Shown: positions 48,282 to 58,759 of the stretch, piece after piece
How positions within the stretch are numbered: the first letter of the stretch is position 1
Layout: each line of letters begins with the position of its first letter
Assembly (NCBI GenBank): GCA_951812955.1
Contig: OX638340.1
Coordinates: 32,001 to 96,000, forward strand
Direction of reading: 5' to 3'
DNA: 64,000 nt
Source of the DNA: an uncultured Gemmatimonadota bacterium
GTDB taxonomy: Bacteria; JAAXHH01
The notes under the pieces: generated by a model
What the model saw: the letters and a program-made list of their open reading frames with translations, nothing else
What the model was told of the DNA's origin: nothing
The model's database searches: none
Position numbers and translations under genes: made by a program

Positions 48282-49631
48282 TCAGCTGAACCGGCCCAGG
48301 GCTTCGACGAGCCGGTCGATCTGCGAACGCGTTCGTCTTTCCGTGACCGCGATCAGCAGGCCGTTGTCCAGTTCAAGCGACGGGAAGCGTGCCAGGTCGA
48401 CCCCGGCCAGCAACCCTTCGTCAGCGAGCCGGGTCACGATCTCACCTGCAGGCGCCGGCGTCCGTACCGCGAATTCCTTGAAGAACGGCCGGTCGAATGC
48501 GAGCTCGTAGCCGGGCAGCCTGGTAATCCGTTCGGCCGCGTAGTGGCTCTTGTGGAGACACAGCTCCGCGACTTCTTTCAACCCCTGTTTTCCGATCAGC
48601 GAAAGGTAGATCGTAGCCATCAGAGCGTTGAGCTGCTGGCTGGTGCAGATGTTCGACGTCGCCTTGTCCCGGCGGATGTGCTGTTCGCGGGCCTGCAGCG
48701 TCAGGACGAACCCCCGGCGATCCTCCTGGTCGACGGTCTGCCCCGCGATGCGGCCTGGCATGCGCCGGACGAAGCGGTCCCGCGCTGCGAAGAATCCCAG
48801 GGCCGGTCCGCCGTAGCTCACCTGGTTGCCCATGGATTGGCCTTCCCCCACGGCGATGTCCGCGCCGTAGGCACCCGGCGATTCGATGACGCCGAGGGAA
48901 ATCGGGTCTACGGCCATGACCAGTAGGGCGCCCGCGCCGTGAACGACCCGTTCCAGGTCCCCCATGGATTCCAGGCAGCCGTAGAAGTTGGGATGCTGGA
49001 CGATGACGCAGGCCGTGTCGTCGTCCAGGGCGGACGCCAGCCGGTCGGGATCCAGCGTGCCGTCCGTGCAGGAAACCGTCTCCACCCGGATGCCGGGCCC
49101 GTGGGCGTAAGTACGGACTGTTTCGACGTAATGGGGGTGCAGGCTGCCCGCCAGGATCACGCGGTCGCGCCGCGTCGCCGCGCGGGCCAGCATGGCCGCC
49201 TCCGCCGCCGCGGATGCGCCGTCGTACAAGGAGGCGTTGGCCACGTCCAGGCCCGTCAGTTCGCAGATCATCGTCTGGAACTCGTAAATCCCCTGGAGCG
49301 TACCCTGGCTCACTTCCGGCTGGTAGGGCGTGTAGGAAGTCAGGAATTCCGAGCGGCCGGCAAGGTGGCCTATGGCGCTGGGAACGAAATGATCGTACAT
49401 GCCGCCGCCCACGAATGAAGCCAACCGGTCGGCCGAATCGTTACAGGCGGCCATCTCGCCCATCGTGTCGTGGAGCTCGAGTTCCGAAAGGGCGGGGGGG
49501 AGATCCAGCGGACCGTCGAGCCGAACGTCTTTCGGGATGACGCTCAGCAGCTCTTCGACAGAATCGATGCCGATAGCGGCCAACATCGCCTGCCGGTCGG
49601 CATCTGTATTGGGTATGTACGCCATGGACAC
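48282..49631 (-). CDS. gcvPA: Glycine dehydrogenase (decarboxylating) subunit 1
   Basis: MAYIPNTDADRQAMLAAIG N-terminus. Located immediately upstream of gcvPB. Confidence 0.9.
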   Translation of the reverse strand: MSMAYIPNTDADRQAMLAAIGIDSVEELLSVIPKDVRLDGPLDLPPALSELELHDTMGEMAACNDSADRLASFVGGGMYDHFVPSAIGHLAGRSEFLTSYTPYQPEVSQGTLQGIYEFQTMICELTGLDVANASLYDGASAAAEAAMLARAATRRDRVILAGSLHPHYVETVRTYAHGPGIRVETVSCTDGTLDPDRLASALDDDTACVIVQHPNFYGCLESMGDLERVVHGAGALLVMAVDPISLGVIESPGAYGADIAVGEGQSMGNQVSYGGPALGFFAARDRFVRRMPGRIAGQTVDQEDRRGFVLTLQAREQHIRRDKATSNICTSQQLNALMATIYLSLIGKQGLKEVAELCLHKSHYAAERITRLPGYELAFDRPFFKEFAVRTPAPAGEIVTRLADEGLLAGVDLARFPSLELDNGLLIAVTERRTRSQIDRLVEALGRFS

Positions 49632-49650
49632 TCCGCGGTGACCGGCCGCC

Positions 49651-50031
49651 TCAGGCGCCGGTGAAGGAACTGTAGTCCGCGGCGGTCATCAGGCTTGTGA
49701 ATGCGCCCGCGTCATCTACCTGGAGCTTGATCATCCATCCGTCGCCGTAGGGGTCCTGGTTGACTGCTTCCGGGTTGTCTTCCAGGTCGTCGTTGACCTC
49801 CGTCACGGTCCCGCCCAGCGGACTATAGAGGTCCGAAACGGTCTTCACGGCCTCCACCGCCCCGAAAACGCCCATCTCGGCCACGGTATCGCCTTCCGTG
49901 GGCAGTTCCACGAAGACGATGTCGCCGAGTTCGGATTGCGCGAAATCGGTGATGCCGACGGTGGCGATGTCGCCCTCCATGCGCACCCACTCGTGTTCGG
50001 AAGAATAGCGGAGATCCGAGGGCGTGTTCAT
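49651..50031 (-). CDS. gcvH: Glycine cleavage system H protein
   Basis: YSSEHEWV and the lipoyl-lysine region EAVKTVSDLYSP. Confidence 0.9.
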   Translation of the reverse strand: MNTPSDLRYSSEHEWVRMEGDIATVGITDFAQSELGDIVFVELPTEGDTVAEMGVFGAVEAVKTVSDLYSPLGGTVTEVNDDLEDNPEAVNQDPYGDGWMIKLQVDDAGAFTSLMTAADYSSFTGA

Positions 50032-50117
50032 ACGTTCCTTTCTCCGGCGTTTCGGTCCGTTGCGGGCCGCTTCCGCCGGTCAAATCTTCAACTCAGGGGT
50101 ACACACCGGTCATATTG

Positions 50118-51464
50118 TCAACTCAAGTGGCTCATCGATTCAACGAAGGCCGTATCCGCCTCCCCGGAACGGAAGGTCGGGTGCTTCAACATGTACTGAT
50201 GGAACGGTATCGTCGTGTTGATGCCTTCGACGATGAACTCGTCCAGGGCCCGTTCGGCCCGTGTAAGCGCTTCCTCCCGGTCCTTTCCCCAGACGATCAG
50301 CTTCGCCAGCATGGAATCGTAAAACGGCGTGACGACATACTGGGCGTACACGTGGCTGTCCACCCGCACACCATAGCCGCCCGGCGTGTGAAAACTGGTG
50401 ATCTCTCCCGTGGAGGGCATGAAGTTCCGGTCCGGGTCCTCGGCGTTGATCCTGCATTCGATGGCGTGTCCACGCAGTTCAACGTCTTCCTGCGAGAACC
50501 CCAGGGGACAGCCCGCGGCGACGCGGATCTGTTCCTTGACCAGGTCCTGTGAAACGACCATTTCCGTCACGGGATGTTCTACCTGGATTCGCGTGTTCAT
50601 TTCCATGAAGTAGAACTGCCGGTCATCCGTCACCAGGAATTCCACGGTGCCGGCGTTTTCATAGTCGATGGACCGTGCCGCTCTCAGGGCCGCGTCGCCG
50701 AGACCGGACCGCAGTTCGTCGTCTACGAAGGGGGAGGGCGACTCTTCGATGAGCTTCTGCCGTCTCCGCTGAATCGAGCAGTCCCGCTCGCCCAGGTGGA
50801 CCACCTGGCCGTGCTGGTCGCCCAGGACCTGCACCTCGATGTGCCGGGCTTTCTCGATATATCGTTCCAGATACAGCGCGGAATTGTTGAACGCGTTCTG
50901 GGCCTCCCGGGAGGCCTGCCGGAAGGCTTCTCGCAGTTCGTCGGCGTTGCGCACGATGCGGATGCCCCGTCCGCCGCCGCCTGCCGAAGCCTTGATCACC
51001 AGGGGGAAACCGATGTCCTCCGAGGCCGCCAACGCCGCATCCTCGTCGGCCACGGTGTCCTCAGTCCCCGGAATGGTGGGCACGTCGGACGCCGCCACCG
51101 TCTTCCGCGCTTCGGCCTTGTCGCCCATGAGGCGGATGGCCCTCGACGCCGGTCCGATGAAGGCAATGTCGCAGGATTCGCACACTTCGGCGAAGTGGGG
51201 GCTTTCGGAAAGGAATCCGTACCCGGGATGCACAGCTTCGGCGTTCATGATTTCCGCCGCGCTGATGATGCGGGGTATGTTCAGGTAACTGTCGTTGGGC
51301 GAGTTACTGCCGATGCAGACCGCCTCGTCGGCGAAGCGTACGTGGAGAGAGTCCTGGTCCGATTCGGAGTGGACGGCCACCGTCGCGATATTCAACTCTT
51401 TGCAAGAGCGGATTACGCGCAGGGCGATCTCGCCGCGGTTTGCGATGAGGATCTTCTGGAACAT
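50118..51464 (-). CDS. accC: Acetyl-CoA carboxylase biotin carboxylase subunit
   Basis: MFQKILIANRGEIALRVIRSC, with ATP-grasp motifs. Confidence 0.9.
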   Translation of the reverse strand: MFQKILIANRGEIALRVIRSCKELNIATVAVHSESDQDSLHVRFADEAVCIGSNSPNDSYLNIPRIISAAEIMNAEAVHPGYGFLSESPHFAEVCESCDIAFIGPASRAIRLMGDKAEARKTVAASDVPTIPGTEDTVADEDAALAASEDIGFPLVIKASAGGGGRGIRIVRNADELREAFRQASREAQNAFNNSALYLERYIEKARHIEVQVLGDQHGQVVHLGERDCSIQRRRQKLIEESPSPFVDDELRSGLGDAALRAARSIDYENAGTVEFLVTDDRQFYFMEMNTRIQVEHPVTEMVVSQDLVKEQIRVAAGCPLGFSQEDVELRGHAIECRINAEDPDRNFMPSTGEITSFHTPGGYGVRVDSHVYAQYVVTPFYDSMLAKLIVWGKDREEALTRAERALDEFIVEGINTTIPFHQYMLKHPTFRSGEADTAFVESMSHLS

Positions 51465-51470
51465 CGATGC

Positions 51471-51938
51471 CTATGCCGGTTCGATCAGAAACAACGGTTG
51501 GCCGTATTCGACGGGCTGGGCGTCTTCTACCAGGATGGCCATCACCCGTCCGTTCAATTCGGACTGGATGGGGTTCATCAGCTTCATGGCTTCGATGATG
51601 CACAGCTGTTGGCCGGCACTGATCCGGTCCTGCTCCTTTACGAAGGGCTCGGCTTCAGGTTCGGATGACCGGTAGAAGGTGCCCACCATGGGCGAGGTCA
51701 CCTCGATATAAGTACTGTCGGCGGAATCTGCCTGACCGTTATCCGACGGGCTGCTTGCCGCGGGCGTAGCGGCGGCCGGCGCATGGGCTTCCGCCGCGGG
51801 AGCGGGAACGACGGCCGCTGTCGTGCCGGGCGCCATTCGGACGACCCGGATCCTGCGGTCGCCCTCGGCCACCTCGACCTCCAGGATGTCGGTGTCCCGC
51901 AACGACTCGATCAGCTTGAGCACCTCATCGATTCCCAT
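51471..51938 (-). CDS. accB: Acetyl-CoA carboxylase biotin carboxyl carrier protein
   Basis: Biotinyl-lysine motif [10 protein letters not shown]. Ala/Pro-rich linker. Confidence 0.85.
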   Translation of the reverse strand: MGIDEVLKLIESLRDTDILEVEVAEGDRRIRVVRMAPGTTAAVVPAPAAEAHAPAAATPAASSPSDNGQADSADSTYIEVTSPMVGTFYRSSEPEAEPFVKEQDRISAGQQLCIIEAMKLMNPIQSELNGRVMAILVEDAQPVEYGQPLFLIEPA

Positions 51939-51984
51939 GTCTGACTCCTCGGTAGGGCGGTTACACCCACTATCGGTAGGGCGG

Positions 51985-52542
51985 TTACACCCGCTCTACG
52001 TACTCCCGGGACCGCGTATCGATGCGCAACACGTCGCCCGGGTTAATGAACAGCGGGACCTGAACCACGGCGCCGCTCTCGAGCGTGGCCGGTTTGGTGC
52101 CTCCCGACGCGGTATCGCCACGGACGCCCGGGTCGGTCTGCGTCACTTCCAGCTCGATGAAATTCGGCATCTCAATGCCCACGACGCCCTGGTCCGCGGT
52201 GAGCAACTCGAGCGTCATGCTGTCCTTGATGTAATCTTTATTGTCGCCGATGATTGCCGCGCCTACCGGTACCTGTTCGTAGGTCTCCAGGTCCATCATG
52301 TAGTACATGTCGCCGTCGGCGTACTGGAATTGGGCCTTGCGCCGTTCCACACGCACGTCTTCCAGCTTGTCCGAGGCCTTGTAGGTCTTATCGATAACGG
52401 ACCCGGTGTGGAGATGTTTCAGGCGGGTGCGCGAAAAGGCCGTCCCCTTGCCAGGCTTGATGTGTTCGCAACCCGTGATGAAGTATATGGACCCATCAAT
52501 CCGTATAGCCATACCGGTGCGCAATTCCGTAGCGTTTACCAT
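51985..52542 (-). CDS. efp: Elongation factor P
   Basis: [44 protein letters not shown]. Start at the internal ATG. The upstream part of the listed ORF reads across the tRNA-His gene. Confidence 0.9.
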   Translation of the reverse strand: MVNATELRTGMAIRIDGSIYFITGCEHIKPGKGTAFSRTRLKHLHTGSVIDKTYKASDKLEDVRVERRKAQFQYADGDMYYMMDLETYEQVPVGAAIIGDNKDYIKDSMTLELLTADQGVVGIEMPNFIELEVTQTDPGVRGDTASGGTKPATLESGAVVQVPLFINPGDVLRIDTRSREYVERV

Positions 52543-52660
52543 TTGATTCGGCGGGTCTCCTTGACCAGCCCTGTCGGCTGGTACGCGAAAACCGGGTAAT
52601 CGGCGGATATACGGCGCGCCGAGGATCCTGTCCGGACGGGAAGAATACATCCCATTTGCA

Positions 52661-52735
52661 GGGTGGGCAACGGGATTCGAACCCGCGACCTCCAGAGCCA
52701 CAGTCTAGCGCTCTAACCAACTGAGCTATGCCCAC
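52661..52735 (-). tRNA. tRNA-His (anticodon GTG) with an encoded G(-1)
   Basis: Minus strand: G-GTGGGCATAGCTCAGTTGGTTAGAGC...CTGTGGC loop...GGTTCGAATCCCGTTGCCCACC. Confidence 0.85.
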
Positions 52736-52892
52736 CATCACCGACGAATGGAGCAAGCAATATAGGCGCGATACCAAACTTCTGTCAAGGGATTTGTCCG
52801 AGATCCGGCACCCGTTCGGCGAGGTGGCGAGGCAAGGTCTTCGTTCCATGTCCGGCCGCCGAATTCACGCGGAGCGTAACGGGGGAAACCGC

Positions 52893-53789
52893 TCAAAATC
52901 GCCCACTCCGGTCCGATGCGCCATCATCCGATGCGCCATCCTTCGAAGCGCCATCTATTGATTCGAAGACCGGCGCCGCCTCTTCAAGGGGACGTCGGAC
53001 GACGGTTTCGGGCAGGCGCACGTCGATGTCCGCCGGCTTCAATCCGCGATTGACCGACTGCGTCCGGTAGTTCAACTCGAACGTCCCCGCTTGATGGCCC
53101 TCGCGGGTTATCCGGATGCGGTCTGGTCTCCAGATCCCATTCCGTCTGCGAAAGCGTTCGTACGTCCTGGTGACGGTTGCACGGTTCACAGGAGATTCCG
53201 ACACCTCCCGCGTGACCGACATGGTCTTCGTGTCGATCCACAGCGATCTCCGGCCGTTGCCGACCACGAGCGTGACGGCCGCCGAACCTCCGTCCTGGCG
53301 GTAGTCCGCTACGGGCAGCCCGCCGTATCTTCCCGGCGCTACGGTCCCGGTCACGGCGGCGCGCACGTCCTCCAGGGTCAGGTCCAGACCGGGAATGGTG
53401 GCGTCGCCTGTCCCGACCGTGCCTTCGAACACCGTGTTTTCCCGGGGTATGTACAGACGTACCTGGCGGTCGTGAATGAGGAGAACGGCGAGGATCTGGA
53501 AGAGGGATCCATGCACGTCGATACGGAATCGCGCCGGGTTGAGATATCGAATTCGAAGCGATGCGCGGCCCCGGCGGTTCGCGAAGGATGTCTCGACAAC
53601 CGCACTGCCCCTGAAATCCTGAAGGCGCGCGGAGGCCGCATCGATCTCCCGCAGAAGCATTTCGACCGGTAATTGAGGCGGCGCTGCGGCCGGCGGCCGG
53701 CAGGACAGCAACAGGAGGCCTATGCTGGCGAGCAACCAGGATCGGCCGGCCCGGTGCGGGCCATGCGGACCGGGCGTCTTACCTTGCAT
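52893..53789 (-). CDS. Hypothetical secreted protein or lipoprotein
   Basis: Signal peptide with the Cys-containing sequence LLASIGLLLLSC. C-terminal DGAS repeats. Confidence 0.4.
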   Translation of the reverse strand: MQGKTPGPHGPHRAGRSWLLASIGLLLLSCRPPAAAPPQLPVEMLLREIDAASARLQDFRGSAVVETSFANRRGRASLRIRYLNPARFRIDVHGSLFQILAVLLIHDRQVRLYIPRENTVFEGTVGTGDATIPGLDLTLEDVRAAVTGTVAPGRYGGLPVADYRQDGGSAAVTLVVGNGRRSLWIDTKTMSVTREVSESPVNRATVTRTYERFRRRNGIWRPDRIRITREGHQAGTFELNYRTQSVNRGLKPADIDVRLPETVVRRPLEEAAPVFESIDGASKDGASDDGASDRSGRF

Positions 53790-56100
53790 CCTGGAGTTTT
53801 TGCAGAATCTCTTCGGATTCCTCGGGGGTTATGTCTTCCATCTCGAGGGCGCGCTCCCAGAAACGGACGGCGCGATCGCGCATGCCGAGCTGATTGTAGA
53901 TGTCTCCGAGGTGGTCGTGCACCGTCGCGCTGGTGTCTTCGAACTGAATGGCTTTTTCCACATACAGCCGCGCATTACGGTAGTCGCCCTGCCTGTAATA
54001 CACCCATCCCAGGCTGTCCAGGAACGCTCCGTTCTCCGGGCTCTGCTCGAGCGCTTTTTCGATCATCACCTTGGCTTCTTCGAGCCGCAGGCCCCGGTCG
54101 GCCAGGATATAACCCAGGTAGTTCAGCGTGTAAATGTCGTCGGGATCGATTTCCAGGGCGGTCTCGAAGGTGGCCACGGCTTTCTCGAACTGTCCCGACT
54201 GGTCGTAGTTCTGCGCCAGCAGGAAGAGGAGGCGGTGATGTCCCTCGAACCGATCGACCGCTTCTTCCGCGATCTCGATGGCCTCCTCGTAATGCTTCTG
54301 CTCCGTATGGGCGTAACCCAGGTAGAACCACAGGTCGGGGTTTCCGGGAACGATTTCCAATCCGTCGCGAAGGACCTGGATGCCGACTTCGTAGTCCTCC
54401 TGGCGCAGATGGGACAGCCCCAGATTCACCCACCCTCGTCCGTCGTTCGGATTGAGATCCACGACCTTTCGGAATTGTGCGACGGCCTGGTCGAAATCCT
54501 CCCTGGACATGTAACTGACGCCCAGATACAGGTAGAGCTCGGGAATCTCGGGAAGGATCGACATGGCCTGGGTGAGCACGCTTTCCGCCTGTTCGAACTT
54601 GTCCTGCCGGAGGTAGGCCAGGCTCAGGCTGATCCATCCGCGGGGATCATGGCGATTGATGTTTATGCTTTTCTGTGCCTGATCGATGGACTTGTTGTAC
54701 ATCTCGTTATCGAGATAGACGTTCGCCAGGTTCAGGCGCAGGGTGACGTCGTCCGGCAACGATTCCACGCCTTCATGCAATGCGGCGATTCCGTCCTGCG
54801 TCCGTCCTTGTTCCATGAGGGCGTAACCCAGCGAAATCCAGCTTCTGCCGTGGGTGGGATCCGCTGCGATGGCCGACCTGAACGCGTCGACTGCGAGGGG
54901 ATAGGCGCCGGATTCCTGGTATACGAATCCAAGGTGCAGGTAGAGGTCGGCGTGCTCTCCCAGGATGCCCAGGCCGTCTTTCAGTGCGGTCTCGGCCCGT
55001 TCGGCATCCCCGGCGCCGCGGTACGCCAGTCCGAGGCTGATCCGGTATTTCACTTCTCTTGCGTCCAGCGAGATTGCTTTCTTCAGCGGAGCCACGGCCT
55101 CTTCCGGCCTGTCCTGGGTGAGCAGCACTTCTCCCATCGTTCCGTGGAGCACGGCCGCGTCGGGATGTAATTCCAGACCCTCGCGCAGGGTAGCCAGCGC
55201 CTGCTCGGTCTCGCCGAGGTCCTGGTAGGCGTCGCCCAGTTCCGCCCACAGATCCGGAGACGTCCGGTTGTGCTCGAGCAGCAGCCGGTACTCTTCGGCC
55301 GCTTCGCCCGGCCGGCCGAGGAACTTCAGGAGGAGCGCGAGCCGGCGCCGCAGGTCCGCTTCCCGGTCGGGCCCCAGCGCGATAATCTCCCGGTACATGA
55401 CAACGACCCTGTCCCACTGCCGTCTCTCCTCGTAGATCTCCGTCAGGCCTATCCTTGCGGGAATCGAATCGGGATAGTCGTCCAGCACTTTCCGCAACGC
55501 GATGACCGCCTTGTCATACATCCCTCTCCTTTTGTAGGCGTCGGCCAGTTTGAAATGGAATTCAGGATTGCGCGGCGCCAGGCGGCTCAGCGTTTCAAGT
55601 TCCCTGAGGACGGCTTCCGGGTCGTTCAATCGGTCCGCCAGCTGGGAAAGGGCGATATGGGCCTCGATGTGGTTCGGCTCCAGCGTGACGGCCCGTTCGA
55701 ATGCGGCCCGGGCCGGCAGGTACTTGCCCAGGTCGGCTTGGCACTTCCCCAGCACGACCCATGATTCCGTTGCTGTCGAATCGAGGGCTACCGCCGTCCG
55801 GGCGTGCCGCTGCGCCTTGTCGCGGTCGAATACCCGGTAGAAGTTCACGGCGAGCGCGGTGTGGATTTCCGCGGACGAGGGATCGAACTCGAGCGCCTGT
55901 AGATAGGATTTGATTGCGTTATCCGTATCGTTCTGGGCGTCGTAGAGGCCGCCCCGGGCGTAATGCTCCAGGGCCTTGGCCCGGTCTTCCTGGCCATGTA
56001 CATTGCCCTGGGGACACAGGGCGGTCAGCGCCATGAAGACGAGTAGGGCGTACCACCGGGCCGGACCGAACTTGACCGGTCTTCTTCCCGCCCGCATGTG
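53779..56100 (-). CDS. Tetratricopeptide-repeat (TPR) protein with an N-terminal signal/anchor
   Basis: More than 15 TPR-like 34-aa repeats (AxxxxGxxYxxxGxxxxA pattern). Start placed at the internal ATG to avoid overlap with rseP. Confidence 0.7.
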   Translation of the reverse strand, partial: HMRAGRRPVKFGPARWYALLVFMALTALCPQGNVHGQEDRAKALEHYARGGLYDAQNDTDNAIKSYLQALEFDPSSAEIHTALAVNFYRVFDRDKAQRHARTAVALDSTATESWVVLGKCQADLGKYLPARAAFERAVTLEPNHIEAHIALSQLADRLNDPEAVLRELETLSRLAPRNPEFHFKLADAYKRRGMYDKAVIALRKVLDDYPDSIPARIGLTEIYEERRQWDRVVVMYREIIALGPDREADLRRRLALLLKFLGRPGEAAEEYRLLLEHNRTSPDLWAELGDAYQDLGETEQALATLREGLELHPDAAVLHGTMGEVLLTQDRPEEAVAPLKKAISLDAREVKYRISLGLAYRGAGDAERAETALKDGLGILGEHADLYLHLGFVYQESGAYPLAVDAFRSAIAADPTHGRSWISLGYALMEQGRTQDGIAALHEGVESLPDDVTLRLNLANVYLDNEMYNKSIDQAQKSININRHDPRGWISLSLAYLRQDKFEQAESVLTQAMSILPEIPELYLYLGVSYMSREDFDQAVAQFRKVVDLNPNDGRGWVNLGLSHLRQEDYEVGIQVLRDGLEIVPGNPDLWFYLGYAHTEQKHYEEAIEIAEEAVDRFEGHHRLLFLLAQNYDQSGQFEKAVATFETALEIDPDDIYTLNYLGYILADRGLRLEEAKVMIEKALEQSPENGAFLDSLGWVYYRQGDYRNARLYVEKAIQFEDTSATVHDHLGDIYNQLGMRDRAVRFWERALEMEDITPEESEEILQKLQDAR

Positions 56101-56119
56101 TCCGCCCGTCGTCAGGCGA

Positions 56120-57442
56120 TTATCGGAATATCCGTGTAATATCATTGAATACCACGAAAACCATCAGCACCAGCAGCAGGGCCATGCCCGTCTGCTGCCA
56201 TATAAGCCGGTACCTCAGGGAAAGCGGACGCCGGAGCACTTTCTCGACGCCCAGGATGAGCAGTTGGCCGCCGTCGAGCGCAGGAATGGGCAGCAGGTTG
56301 AGAATGGCGAGGTTGATGCTCAGAAAGGCCATGAAGCTGAACAGACTGCTGGCTCCCTGGCGGGCGCTGTCTCCCGCCATCCTTGCGATGGCGATGGGGC
56401 CGCCCACCGAGTCGGTGGACACCTCCCCCAGGACCAGTTTCTTGACGAATCCGAGTATGGTGTAGGTGACGTTGACCAGTTGCGTCCCCGCCAGTCCGGC
56501 GGAGGAGACCAGCCCCGCAGGACTGCGTTTGATATGATCCTGCTGGGTTATGCCGATCTGGCCGATATCGATCACGTCTCCGGTCTCGCGGTCCAGGTCC
56601 TGGGCCGTGATGGGTATGACGATCACCTGGTGGTACTGGCCGTTTCGTGTCCAGGACACCGTGGTTTCCATGCCCGGACGGACGCGTATCAGTTCGACCA
56701 TTTCGTACCACTGCGTGACCGGGGCGCCGTTTACCGAGGTAATGACGTCCCCAGACCGCAGGCCGGCCTTCTCGGCTGGAGAGTCCGGGATGACTGAGCT
56801 CACGGCCGACGCGCGGAAATAGTCCAGGCCGGCCAGGCGTTCCGCCGCGTCGTCGCCGCCGTACCGTACTTCTAACGCGCGTTCCTGTCCCTCCCGCTGC
56901 ACTTTCAGATCGAGGGACGCCGCCGTGCCGGACGCGAGCCGTTCCCTTACATCCTCCCACGTATCGACGGGCGCCTGGTCGATCTCGAGGATTTCATCGC
57001 CGACCTGCAACCCCGCCGCCGCGTAGGGGCTGGCGTTTTCCACCCGGCCAACCGTGGTCGTATCGACGAGCATCACGCCCATGGTCGCGTAGAACAGCCA
57101 GAAGATGATGAAGGCGAGGACGAAATTCATTCCGGGACCGGCCGCGATGACGAAGGCACGCGCTCCCACGGACTTGGATTGGAATTCCCAGGGCTCGTTC
57201 CCGTGCTCTTCTCCATCGGCATCGGGCTGCTCTCCGGCCATTTTCACATACCCACCCAGGGGGATCCAGGAGATGCAATACTCGGTGTCTCCTATGGTCT
57301 TTCCGATCATCTTGGGCGGGAATCCGAGAGAGAACCGCTCCACCCGGATGCCCATGCGCTTGGCGGCCAGGAAGTGACCGAGCTCATGGATGAAGACCAG
57401 CAGCCCCAGGACGAATATCGCCGATAACACGGTTGTCAACAT
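56120..57442 (-). CDS. rseP: RIP zinc metalloprotease RseP (site-2 protease)
   Basis: HELGHFLAAK HExxH motif at the N-terminus, PDZ region, and the LDGG motif. Confidence 0.85.
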   Translation of the reverse strand: MLTTVLSAIFVLGLLVFIHELGHFLAAKRMGIRVERFSLGFPPKMIGKTIGDTEYCISWIPLGGYVKMAGEQPDADGEEHGNEPWEFQSKSVGARAFVIAAGPGMNFVLAFIIFWLFYATMGVMLVDTTTVGRVENASPYAAAGLQVGDEILEIDQAPVDTWEDVRERLASGTAASLDLKVQREGQERALEVRYGGDDAAERLAGLDYFRASAVSSVIPDSPAEKAGLRSGDVITSVNGAPVTQWYEMVELIRVRPGMETTVSWTRNGQYHQVIVIPITAQDLDRETGDVIDIGQIGITQQDHIKRSPAGLVSSAGLAGTQLVNVTYTILGFVKKLVLGEVSTDSVGGPIAIARMAGDSARQGASSLFSFMAFLSINLAILNLLPIPALDGGQLLILGVEKVLRRPLSLRYRLIWQQTGMALLLVLMVFVVFNDITRIFR

Positions 57443-57545
57443 GCCTGCTTCTCCGTTCTAGTCTTGCCGTTTGCGATGCGTTCACCCGGCGTCGCCCGCG
57501 AGGACGCCTGCCCGGATGCCAGAGTGAATATAAGGGTGTGCGGTG

Positions 57546-58733
57546 CTATCCGGCAATCAACTTTTCCCTGCAGTACGTCCTGGTCCACCGGTCCGCCGCC
57601 ACGATGGATTCCAACGTAACCGGTGCCGCGCTACCCGGGGCTGCCCCGTGCCGGTCGCTACCCGGTGCGGCCCCGTGCCGGTCCATGGCATCGGCGATGA
57701 TGCGTGGTATGTCGTTAAACCCGATCCGCTGCTGGAGGAAGGCCTCGACGGCCACTTCGTCGGCCGTGCTCAAAACGGCGGGCAAGGTGGACCCGCGGCG
57801 GATGGCGTCGTAGGCGAGACCCAGGCAGGGAAACATGGCTACATTGGGCGGATCCAGTGTCAGGGACCAGTGCCGCGTGATGTCGAACCGGGGCCACGGT
57901 GTTTCCAGGCGTTCCGGGTACGAGAGGGCATACTGGATCGGTATGCGCATGTCGGTCGGACCCATCTGGGCCAACAGCGATCCGTCTACCATCTCTACCA
58001 TGGAGTGGATGATGGACTGCGGATGGATCACCACGTCGATCTTCGACACGGGGAGGCCGAAGAGCCAGTGGGCCTCGATGACCTCGAATCCCTTGTTCAT
58101 GAGCGTGGCGGAATCGATCGTGACCTTCCGTCCCATGTTCCACGTGGGATGGTTCAGCGCTTCTTTCGACGACATCCGCGACAGTTCATCCGGGTCGCTG
58201 TCGCGAAAGGGTCCGCCCGATGCCGTCAGGACCACGCGCTCGACCCGGTCCGGGTCCTGGCCGGACAGGCACTGGTGCACCGCGCAGTGTTCGCTGTCCA
58301 CGGGCAGGATCTCCACGCCGTGGCGACGCGCCGCCGCCATGACGATCTCCCCGGCCATGACCAGGATCTCCTTGTTGGCCAGTCCGATGGTCTTGCCCGC
58401 TTCGATCGCCCTCAGCGTGGGCACCAGCCCCGCGCTGCCCGGAAGGGCGCTGATAACCAGGTCCACGTCAGGATGGGTGACCGCTTCGATCAGTCCCTCC
58501 ACACCCGTGTGGATCGATGGCGCGCCGGCGCCGCGGGCAAGCGCTGCCGCCCGTTCCGCGTCGTGGACGGCGATCATGCGCGGGCCGAACCGCGCGATCT
58601 GCCGCTCCAGCAGATCGACCCGGCTATGGGCGGTAAGGCTGTGCGCCGCGTACCGGTCCGGGAAGGCCGCGATGACCTCCAGCGTCTGCGTGCCGACTGA
58701 ACCCGTCGAACCCAGGATGGCGATTTGCTTCAT
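57546..58733 (-). CDS. dxr: 1-deoxy-D-xylulose 5-phosphate reductoisomerase
   Basis: MKQIAILGSTGSVGTQTLEVI N-terminus. 395 aa. Confidence 0.9.
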   Translation of the reverse strand: MKQIAILGSTGSVGTQTLEVIAAFPDRYAAHSLTAHSRVDLLERQIARFGPRMIAVHDAERAAALARGAGAPSIHTGVEGLIEAVTHPDVDLVISALPGSAGLVPTLRAIEAGKTIGLANKEILVMAGEIVMAAARRHGVEILPVDSEHCAVHQCLSGQDPDRVERVVLTASGGPFRDSDPDELSRMSSKEALNHPTWNMGRKVTIDSATLMNKGFEVIEAHWLFGLPVSKIDVVIHPQSIIHSMVEMVDGSLLAQMGPTDMRIPIQYALSYPERLETPWPRFDITRHWSLTLDPPNVAMFPCLGLAYDAIRRGSTLPAVLSTADEVAVEAFLQQRIGFNDIPRIIADAMDRHGAAPGSDRHGAAPGSAAPVTLESIVAADRWTRTYCREKLIAG

Positions 58734-58759
58734 GGCTTCAGTTTACTCCGATCGAGGTG

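Noticed and set aside
50032-50117. Possible glycine riboswitch upstream of gcvH
   Set aside because: The intergenic region is only about 86 nt, too short for a glycine aptamer. gcvH appears co-transcribed with accBC.
52740-52960. Triple repeat gatgcgccatc...gatgcgccatc...gaagcgccatc
   Set aside because: It is simply the coding sequence of a C-terminal DGAS-DGAS-DGAS repeat in the putative lipoprotein, not a regulatory or CRISPR-like repeat.
53722-55170. 482-aa plus-strand ORF and the 54773..55417 minus-strand ORF within the TPR gene region
   Set aside because: They overlap a gene with clear repetitive TPR structure. Compositionally biased, with no motifs.
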